Source of the DNA: Octopus sinensis
Taxonomy: Eukaryota
Direction of reading: 5' to 3'
Assembly (NCBI RefSeq): GCF_006345805.1
Contig: NW_021828597.1
Location: 1 to 8,101 of the forward strand
DNA: 8,101 nucleotides
The translations under genes were made by a program, and so were the position numbers. Below the pieces are notes generated by a model. The model ran no database searches. It saw only the letters and a list, made by a program, of their open reading frames with translations, and was not told where the DNA came from. Positions 1 through 6,527 of this stretch are shown here, piece by piece; within the stretch, counting starts at the first letter, position 1, and every line of letters begins with the position of its first letter.

Positions 1-330
1 TACAGACCTCACTTTACTGTCCGTACTGTTGAACAAATTTGACCATGAACCAAGGGTCAGAGTTGTTAGCAATATGTTTGGCGGTGGTCCTTGTATCTCC
101 GAGAACCAGAGACTGTGATACTACCACATAGACAGGGCGTCTCACTCACTAGCTGTATCTGTAACACCCTCCCACCTCATTTCCGCTCCCAAATACTTGG
201 AGCGCCCTTTCATATGCTTTGCCCTACTTGACGGTGTGCACGTTCTGTCACACAATGTTTAGAGTTTTTCCTAAATTCTTTTCGACCATTCGGAATGTTG
301 TCCCACCCATCACCACTACCACTACTTGGG
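1..330 (-). pseudogene. Possible 3' end (C-terminus plus 3' UTR) of a decayed RLE-type non-LTR retrotransposon
   Basis: Minus strand from about 330 reads QVVVVVMGG..FRMVEKNLGKTLNIV*, then with frame changes AKHMK / RALQVFGSGN. This loosely parallels the RLE-LINE C-terminus seen at 1392-1589 (VDVIPVEIDALGSI...GTARILHRVL). Heavily degenerate; similarity judged by eye. Confidence 0.35.
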
Positions 331-474
331 TCTATGAAAAAGGAAGCTCTGTCGCCTCACTTCCCGGCTATTGCTGGATAAAGTACTATCATTTGTGACA
401 CACCTCTATCAATTCTTTACATTATTTACACTATTTACATTCGACAGATATTTGTCCTCATCTTGTTTGTTGTT

Positions 475-520
475 AACACAACATTTCGGCTGATATACCC
501 TCTAGCCTTCTTCAGGTGTC
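475..520 (-). ncRNA. Minimal type I hammerhead ribozyme motif (Penelope/retrozyme-like)
   Basis: Minus strand: GACAC (520-516) CUGAAGA (515-509) A GGCU [AGAGGGUAUAUC] AGCC (507-488) GAAA (487-484) U GUU (482-480) GUGUU (479-475). Both conserved core boxes are present, stem II has 4 bp, stem I GACAC/GUGUU has 5 bp including one G-U, and stem III is vestigial. Confidence 0.75.
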
Positions 521-567
521 TTGGGGAAATTTCGAACCTGGGTTCTCATTCCTAAGGTATTGTTTGA

Positions 568-607
<40 letters not shown>

Positions 608-671
608 ATTATTGTTATTATTATTATTATTATTATTATAATTATTGTTATTATTATTATTATTATTATTA

Positions 672-708
<37 letters not shown>

Positions 709-728
709 TTATAATTATTGTTATTGTT
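568..728. repeat. (ATT)n/(AAT)n microsatellite, imperfect
   Basis: About 160 nt of ATT triplets with occasional GTT/ATA interruptions; explains the poly-Ile/poly-Leu ORF 521..778. Confidence 0.98.
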
Positions 729-758
729 CAATCGAACTCAGAATCATGGGGTTAGTAG

Positions 759-1697
759 GACGGTGTCATCAAAACTGAAAATTATGTAACTAATGAAAAA
801 TTTAAACAAGAAATGAATACAAAAATAAAAAGTGGAAAAATTATGGATGGAAAAGAAAATGTACGGTCAGTTTGTAAGAGAGGTGAATGCGAAGACAGAT
901 ACAAAGGACTGGTGGCTTCGGATGAGGAGGAGTGACCTGAAAATAGAGACGCAAGCATTCATGTGCGCAGCTCAGGAACAAGCGTTAAGGACCAATGATA
1001 TGAAGTGCAGAACAGACAACACTATCGACAAATGCAGAATGTGTGGTGAGAGGGGTGGAACGGGTGGCACATCGTTAGCGAATGCCCGAAATTGGCACAA
1101 CGCGAATGCAAACGCCGCCATGACAATGTGGCAAGAACGAGCCATTGGGAGCTCTGTGGAAATCACGGCTTACAAAGAGCAAAGACGTGGCATGATCAAA
1201 CCCCAGAAGGCGTCACCGAGGATGAGAATTGCAAAATCCTGTGGGATGCAATGATTCAGCGCGATCACCCGACCAGACATCGGAAACCGGACGGTGTTGT
1301 GGGGAATAAAAAAAAGAAAGAACGTGATTGATAATCGACATAACAGGATCGATGTGAAAGAAGAAGAGAAAATAAACAACTGTGAAACGATTTGAAGTGG
1401 GAAATACGAAGGTTGTGGTCAATGAGGAGAGTGGACGTGATACCAGTAGAAATTGATGCACTTGGAAGTATCAGCACTCAACTTCCAACATGGCTGAAAA
1501 AGATCGGTGCAAGTGTGAAGGCAGAGCACTTACAAAAATCAGCATTGCATGGAACTGCAAGAATTCTTCACAGGGTTCTTGAAGTATGACCAGTAAGGAA
1601 GTGTCACCTTTGTCTGCTGGCTGTGGACAGCAGACACTTTCCATCATACCCAGCAAAATAAGCTGTGAGCTTCAATACAATAATAATGATAATAACA
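759..1697 (+). mobile_element. 5'-truncated, frameshifted RLE-type non-LTR retrotransposon (R4/Dong-like): post-RT region, CCHC knuckle, restriction-like endonuclease, 3' UTR, (TAA)n tail
   Basis: Joining ORFs 832..1254, 1092..1331 and 1392..1589 gives MYGQFVRE..LKIETQAFMCAAQEQALRTN..CRMCGE..HIVSEC..KRRHDNVA..HWELC..KILWD..RKPD..LIIDI..KEEEKI..EIRRLW..VIPVEIDALG..LQKSALHGTARILHRVLEV* (stop 1587-1589). The CCHC, RHD and PD..D motifs are diagnostic of RLE LINEs. Tail CAATAATAATGATAATAA ends near 1696. Confidence 0.93.
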
Positions 1698-2203
1698 CTG
1701 GAAAAAAATGAGACTAAGAGAACTATACTGTCAGCGCAAGACCAAGTTTTGGCTACGAATTGGAGGGTCAACCTTAGGAATGAGCAAGTGTCTCCGCTGT
1801 GCCGCATCTGTAATAGAGCGGACAAAACCATTGCCCATATGCACGAACGAATGCCATAGACTTACCCCAAACCACTACAAGTCGTGACGGAACGACCAGG
1901 TAACTAAAGTGATACATTGGAAACTGTGCGAAAAGGGCGGGGTCTAGAAGGAGGCAATACGTGGTATTAGCACAAACCGCAGAGAGTGGGGGAGTCGGAG
2001 ACTAGCAAAATCCCCTAGGATTTCCTAATGCAAACAGACCAGGTGCTAGAGCATAACAGACCGGACCTAGTGGTGGTTGGCAAGATGCACCTCATGTGGT
2101 ATATAGTTGGTGTTGCGTGCCCCTTTGACCCGCGAATAGTCAAGAAGGAAGGCGAAAAATTAAATAAATACAACCCTCTTAAGTACGAAATAGCCCGGCT
2201 ATG
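1698..2203 (+). mobile_element. Second, divergent RLE-type LINE fragment (CCHC knuckle plus endonuclease), truncated at both ends
   Basis: ETKRTILSAQDQVLATN..CRICNRADKTIAH..EC..HYK..RNDQVTKVIHWKLC..WY*HKPQRV..KIP*DFLMQTDQVLEHNRPDLVVV..IVGVACPFDPRIVKKEGEKLNKYNPLKYEIARL*. Same motif order as the upstream copy, with stops and frameshifts. Confidence 0.9.
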
Positions 2204-2228
2204 AAACAAAAATAAAAATTTTCAGATA

Positions 2229-2290
2229 CTACGCAGCGGGATCGAAAGTAGGACCTTATGATTGCAAAGGGAGTTTCTTAATTATTTGTT
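2229..2290 (-). mobile_element. Degenerate tRNA-derived SINE head remnant
   Basis: ACGCAGCGGGATCGAAAGTAGGACCTTATGATTG..CTTA aligns loosely with the reverse complement of the SINE head at 4875-4924 (ACGCAGTGGGACTGAACCCGGAACCATGTGGTTG..CTTA). Confidence 0.5.
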
Positions 2291-2329
2291 CACATTGCAC
2301 GCCTACACATATTGTCTTTGCCTCTCAGA

Positions 2330-2596
2330 CATACACACGTATTGACAATGACACACACACGGAAACTGGACTCGTGTACGCACACACTCACACACACACA
2401 CAAACACACAAAACACACACACACACACACAAACATACACACACACACACAAATACATACATACATGCATTCATCCATCCATACATTTATACATACAATG
2501 ACGCTGATATATTATTCATAGATATGTGACGCATACATGCACACGCAAACATACATTTGCACAGACACACAGACCCAACACACACACACACACACA

Positions 2597-2634
<38 letters not shown>
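2330..2634. repeat. Compound (CA)n/(CATA)n microsatellite
   Basis: Two imperfect CA-rich blocks (about 2330-2497 and 2535-2634). Confidence 0.95.
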
Positions 2635-2637
<3 letters not shown>

Positions 2638-2667
2638 TTCCGCTTTAAAAGTACGTAGCTTATCGAG

Positions 2668-2913
2668 CACTTCCACGTCAGACACCTCCCCCGCCAGACA
2701 CCTCCGCCTCGCCCCCTCCCCTCCAATATTAATCAACATAAAATTGATTGAAACTCTGCTTAGAAGTGAAAGGACAGAAGCAATCATGGCGGCGTGGATA
2801 GACCGGAAATAGGTTTGTACACCGGAAATAGAGGAATCGTATGTCACAATGGCTTGTAATTGTTCGCTTAGATAGCGTCGTTGTTTGTTATTGCCTCCAG
2901 AAACAATGGCGAC
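2668..2913. promoter_or_regulatory. Candidate promoter/enhancer island (CRE half-site, GC boxes, YY1-like and tandem ETS motifs)
   Basis: CCACGTCA (2673-2680); C-rich GC-box-like tract 2685-2724; AATCATGGCGGC (2782-2793) and AACAATGGCGAC (2902-2913), both YY1-like; ACCGGAAATAG twice (2802-2812, 2821-2831), ETS-like. Motif evidence only. Confidence 0.35.
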
Positions 2914-2991
2914 AATATGTTTGTGGGTTGTTGAGGACGTATTACACACAATTGCCAATTGTAATTAAATATCATTGAAAGTTTAACAATA

Positions 2992-3080
2992 TTGTTGTTG
3001 TTCTCCTCCGGTCAACTCTTATTGATCAGACATATTCTTTCTTTAAAACTAAGATCTGGCTGTTATTTCTAGCAAATCGA
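2992..3080 (-). mobile_element. Degenerate SINE-like 3' remnant
   Basis: Reverse complement gives TTTGCTAGAAATAACAGCCAGATCT, similar to CTTGCTGGAAATAGTAACCTAATCT at 4285-4309, and ends in an (AAC)n tail (TTGTTGTTGTT at 2992-3002). Confidence 0.45.
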
Positions 3081-3305
3081 AAGTCCAGGTAAAAGAACCG
3101 TCTTTGGTTCATAGTGAGTTTCGTGTTAGAATTTAACGGAAGAAAAATATTTTATTTTGGTTTCTGTTTGAAATGGTTTTATGGTGTCCCCCTAAGAGAA
3201 CTATAAAACCGGACATGTTGACGAGTGGTCAGTAATGTTATATCCAGCCAACGGCGATGTTTTGTATTAATGGTCAAGATAATTGATCATCAACAATGTA
3301 AGTTC

Positions 3306-3735
3306 CAGTCCACCTAGCCATAAGCAGGTACCTATTTCTTTATTACATACAAGGGGCTAAACATAGAGGGGACAAACAAGGACAGACATAGGTATTAAGT
3401 CGATTACATCGACCCCAGTACGCAACTGGTGCTTAATTTATCGACCCCGAAAGGATGAAAGGCAAAGTCGACCTCGGCGGAATTTGAACTCACAGCGTAA
3501 CGACAGACGAAATACCGCTAAGCATTTCGCCCGGCGTGCTAACGTTTCTGCCAGCTCGCCGTAAGCAGGTACCACAGTGTGGTGTAGTTCATTGTACTGT
3601 GTCTATGACCAACACATTTAACTCTCAACAGTCCAGTAAGTACCACAGTGTTTACAGTACTGTGTCCATGATCAACACAACTGTAAACAGCACAGTCTAC
3701 CTAGCTGTAAGTAGGTACCATATGTCAACACGAAC
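3306..3735 (+). repeat. Diverged three-unit minisatellite (about 65-80 bp units) interrupted by a SINE
   Basis: Unit starts CAGTCCACCTAGCCATAAGCAGGTACC (3306), CAGTCCAGTAAGTACC (3629), CAGTCTACCTAGCTGTAAGTAGGTACC (3693). Units 1 and 2 also share ACAGTGT..GTACTGTGTC.ATGA.CAACACA. Confidence 0.7.
3333..3561 (-). mobile_element. Near full-length tRNA-derived SINE with 12-bp TSD
   Basis: Flanked by perfect direct repeats TAAGCAGGTACC (3321-3332, 3562-3573). Minus strand starts GGCGAGCTGGCAGAAACGTTAG (A-box-like), has B-box-like GAGTTCAAATTCC, and ends in an A-rich tail AATAAAGAAATA. Confidence 0.92.
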
Positions 3736-3764
3736 AGTTAATAACTGTCAGTATTGAAATGATA

Positions 3765-4082
3765 AGTGGAGGCGCCATGGCCCAGTGGTTAGGGCAGCGA
3801 ACTCGCGGTCGGAGGATCGCGGTTTCGATTCCCAGACCGGGCGTTGTGTGTATTTATTGAGCGAAAACACCTAAAGCTCCACGAGGCTCCGGCAGGGGGT
3901 GGTGGTGATCCCTGTTGTACTCTTTCGTCCCAACTTTCTCTCACTCTCTCTTCCTGTTTCTTGAGTAACACTGCGGTGGACTGGCGTCCCGTCCAGCTGG
4001 GGGGGGGGCACATACGCCACAGAAACCAGGAAACCGGGCCCATGAACCTGGCTCGGCTTGAAAAGGGCGCATAAATGAATAA
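3765..4082 (+). mobile_element. Full-length tRNA-derived SINE with 12-bp TSD
   Basis: TSD ATTGAAATGATA (3753-3764, 4083-4094); A box TGGCCCAGTGG (3778-3788); B box GGTTTCGATTCCC (3821-3833); body hairpin TGGAC-TGGCGTCCC-GTCCA; tail ATAAATGAATAA. Confidence 0.93.
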
Positions 4083-4269
4083 ATTGAAATGATATATCAT
4101 AGTTTTTTCAGAATCTAATTGATTTAATCGTCTTCAATCACTGATGTCCAAAGAAATTCGATCAACTGAAGTTAATTTCAATTGAGAGATATCTGTTTCT
4201 TGTACTGAAATGAAAAGAAATATCGATATCCAACGAAGAGAATGGGATTAGATCCAACGACGAGTCCCG

Positions 4270-4468
4270 CTCCAGTCATTCTATCTTGCTGGAAATAGTA
4301 ACCTAATCTCCCTCGTATCATATAATACTGGCTTATTTAAGGAATGGATACTTTGGATAATGTAGCTTTTGATACACTATGCCTGAAAGGAATGGAGATG
4401 GTCACGGATAGAAGGCTTTTGATCATAAATTTGCTGGATCAGAACTAACATCGGGTTAAAAAACTGAA
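4270..4468 (+). mobile_element. Old SINE-like 3' region remnant
   Basis: Shares a 25-nt motif with the inverted remnant at 2992-3080, is followed by an A-rich tail (4472-4495), and resembles a common octopus repeat tail from memory. Confidence 0.5.
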
Positions 4469-4541
4469 ATGAAAAAAAAAAAAAAACAGAAAAAAGCTAG
4501 TAACATTTTTTGGCTTTTAAAATCATCTAATTTTTGGTACA

Positions 4542-4571
4542 AATCATTTGACTGTGGTCATACTGGGGCAC
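4542..4571 (-). mobile_element. Short SINE tail remnant
   Basis: AATCATTTGACTGTGGTCATACTGGGGCAC matches the reverse complement of 5207-5236 (AGTCATTTGACTGCGACCATGCTGGAGCAC) at 24 of 30 positions. Confidence 0.6.
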
Positions 4572-4688
4572 AAATACTACGTGTGAGAGAGACGGAAAGG
4601 CAGGGTAAGAAAAAGAGAACATATTCTATTCAAGGGGGATTACTCTATAAGGCTTAAAAGTTGTGCTTGGATTAGAATCGACGACTAA

Positions 4689-4690
<2 letters not shown>

Positions 4691-4766
<76 letters not shown>
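4691..4766. repeat. Perfect (CA)38 microsatellite
   Basis: 76 nt of uninterrupted CA; lies where the internal dinucleotide tract of the inverted SINE fragment at 4767-4824 would be. Confidence 0.98.
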
Positions 4767-4767
<1 letters not shown>

Positions 4768-4824
4768 CGGGCTTCTTTCAGTTTCCGTCTGCCAAACCCA
4801 CTCACAAGGCCCGAGGCTATAGTA
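4767..4824 (-). mobile_element. Internal fragment of the same SINE family as 4860-5267, inverted
   Basis: Reverse complement TACTATAGCCTCGGGCC----------TTGTGAGTGGGTTTGGCAGACGGAAACTGAAAGAAGCCCGT aligns with 4947-5014, with a 10-nt deletion between GCC microhomologies. Confidence 0.9.
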
Positions 4825-4859
4825 TATGTGTGTGTGTGTGGATAAATATATATATATAT

Positions 4860-5267
4860 GGAGTGGCTGTGTGGTAAGTAGCTTGCTTACCAACCACATG
4901 GTTCCGGGTTCAGTCCCACTGCGTGGCACCTTGGGCAAGTGTCTTCTACTATAGCCCCGGGCCGACCAAAGCCTTGTGAGTGGATTTGGTTGACGGAAAC
5001 TGAAAGAAGCCTGTCGTATATATGTATATATATATGCATGTGTGTGTATGTTTGTGTGTCTGCGTTTGTCCCCTTAGCATTGCTTGACAACCGATGCTGG
5101 TGTATTTACGTCCTCGTCACTTAGCGGTTCGGCAAAAGTGACCGATAGAAGAAGTACTGGGCTTACAAAAGAATAAGTCCCGGGGTCGATTTGCTCGACT
5201 AAAGGTGGTGCTCCAGCATGGTCGCAGTCAAATGACTGAAACAAGTAAAAGAGTAAAGGGAAAGAGT
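4860..5267 (+). mobile_element. Near full-length tRNA-derived SINE with internal (TA)/(TG) tract
   Basis: A box TGGCTGTGTGG (4864-4874); B box GGTTCAGTCCC (4907-4917); CORE-like ACCTTGGGCAAGT (4928-4940); internal dinucleotide tract at about 5017-5058; 3' GTCGA-TTTGC-TCGAC hairpin; tail of AAAGAGTA-like repeats. Confidence 0.92.
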
Positions 5268-5272
5268 ATACG

Positions 5273-5380
5273 CTGTGTGTGTGGGAGGGTATGCGTCAGT
5301 GATTGTGCATGTGTGTTAATGTGTGCATATATATGTCTGTATGTGTGCTCATGTATGTAGATATATGTGTGTGTGTCTGC
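5273..5380. repeat. Degenerate (TG)n/(TA)n low-complexity tract
   Basis: Imperfect GT/AT dinucleotide runs. Confidence 0.8.
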
Positions 5381-5501
5381 GTATAAAACGCGAGCAAGAT
5401 CTTTCCAACGAGTAATCTTATTCCCATCACAGTTTCAGATAAACGTCTGCCTCCGTAGTCCCCATCCACCATTTAAACGGGATGGCGGGATGGATCACAT
5501 C

Positions 5502-5688
5502 TTATCTCCGTTAAACGAAGACTTTTATCTCCGTTAAACGGGGGGAAAACACTTTATCTTTATTAAACGAACAATTTATGATCCATAAATGGCGGTGGAG
5601 GGTGGAAGCTTATCTCCACTAAACGAGGCATTTATCTCCGTTAAACGGGTAGAGGAGCTGGAAGAAGAAGACAAACACACACACACAC

Positions 5689-5727
<39 letters not shown>

Positions 5728-5742
5728 TATCTCTGTTAAGCG
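5502..5742 (+). repeat. Array of 16-bp motif TTATCTCCGTTAAACG with non-identical spacers
   Basis: Perfect copies at 5502, 5525, 5632; variants at 5554 (TTATCTTTATTAAACG), 5610 (TTATCTCCACTAAACG), 5727 (TTATCTCTGTTAAGCG); degenerate copy at 5576. A (CA)n tract (about 5675-5726) separates the last copy. Confidence 0.9.
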
Positions 5743-5840
5743 TCGATCTTAACCGACGTTCTCACAGCACCGGAGACAGTCTCAAGTCTTTAATAAACAA
5801 AATATAACATACAGCAAACACACAACACCAAATACGTAAG

Positions 5841-6071
5841 AACATGGTAGTCCTGGTTTAGGACGAATGTTGCTGTAATTTAGCCCCAGTAGACATCGTC
5901 TCCTGCTGGCCATATGACATGCATGATCTGTGTCCTTATATTTTCGAACGAGGGAATCTAGCAGAAATCGTGTCGTATAAGGACACAGATCGTGTCGTAT
6001 AGCCAGCTGGAGACGATGTCTCCTGGGGCTAAATTACAGCAACATTCGTCCTAAACCAGGACGGCCATGTT
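5841..6071. repeat. Long inverted repeat (100-bp and 96-bp arms, 35-nt spacer)
   Basis: 5841-5940 is the reverse complement of 5976-6071 apart from 7 substitutions and one 4-nt indel, and includes a 40-bp perfect stretch (5850-5889). Confidence 0.97.
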
Positions 6072-6285
6072 ATGTTGGCAAATAATCTTTACTCCAAAGT
6101 ACTGTTGTTGAATATCTCTCGATGTGAGATTTGCAAATAGTAATTTTCTATGTAAGAACAGTCCCTAGCAAAACTAAAGATCCCATTCATATTTAGAACA
6201 AACAGGGGTATCTTTCGGTGTGTGTTGTGGGGGGGGGGCGTGGAAGAGGTAGGACAAATATCCATAACCTCATCAGCAACATCAG

Positions 6286-6361
6286 ACGACACCGCCAACA
6301 CCACCGCCACCGCTGCCGCCGGTGTCGCCACCGCCACTGCCGCTACCGCCAGTGCCGCCAC
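6286..6361. repeat. GC-rich imperfect trinucleotide tract (CCG/CCA/CTG)
   Basis: ACCGCCAACACCACCGCCACCGCTGCCGCC...; source of the Ala/Val, Arg/His and Pro-rich ORFs. Confidence 0.85.
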
Positions 6362-6489
6362 GCACGTACACGCACACACATAAATGCATATATATATATA
6401 TATATAAGAACACACACAAGCACACACATACACGTATTTATATAGACACGCGGACGTACAGTTCATTTGTGCTCTCTATTATCATGTAT

Positions 6490-6522
<33 letters not shown>

Positions 6523-6527
6523 TTATA
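6362..6527. repeat. Compound (CA)n/(TA)n microsatellite
   Basis: Short CA runs plus TA runs at about 6389-6406 and 6490-6522. Confidence 0.9.

Larger units (their letters stand above)
412..758 (-). mobile_element. 5'-truncated SINE-like element: tRNA-like head remnant, (AAT)n tract, hammerhead-bearing Penelope-like 3' part
   Basis: Minus strand order: CTACTAACCCCATGATTCTGAGTTCGATT (758-730, anticodon-arm-like segment plus B-box-like GAGTTCGATT), about 160 nt of (AAT)n, a unique body with a hammerhead core, then three 9-nt-period TGTAAA repeats (439-416) as a tail. Resembles an abundant octopus repeat from memory. Confidence 0.7.

Noticed and set aside
521-778. 85-aa ORF with poly-Ile/poly-Leu resembling a membrane protein
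   Set aside because: Translation of the (ATT)n microsatellite; non-ATG start.
972-2209. Minus-strand ORFs overlapping the LINE fragments
   Set aside because: Antisense shadows of plus-strand LINE coding remnants; no recognisable motifs.
3765-3842. tRNA-like sequence with A and B boxes (also 4860-4926)
   Set aside because: No well-formed acceptor and anticodon stems; continues into a SINE body, with TSDs for the first copy, so these are SINE heads and not tRNA genes.
5502-5742. Repeat-spacer pattern superficially like a CRISPR array
   Set aside because: Repeat is only 16 bp, spacers are 6-79 nt and irregular, no cas genes, and the context is eukaryotic.
5841-5871. GTCCT-GGTTT-AGGAC-GAA resembling hammerhead stem II plus GAA
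   Set aside because: No upstream CUGANGA box in either arm and no complete GAAA; simple hairpin only.
6089-6466. 125-aa minus-strand ORF with an Ala/Val-rich hydrophobic stretch
   Set aside because: Made of dinucleotide and GC-rich trinucleotide low-complexity tracts; no coding or splice evidence.
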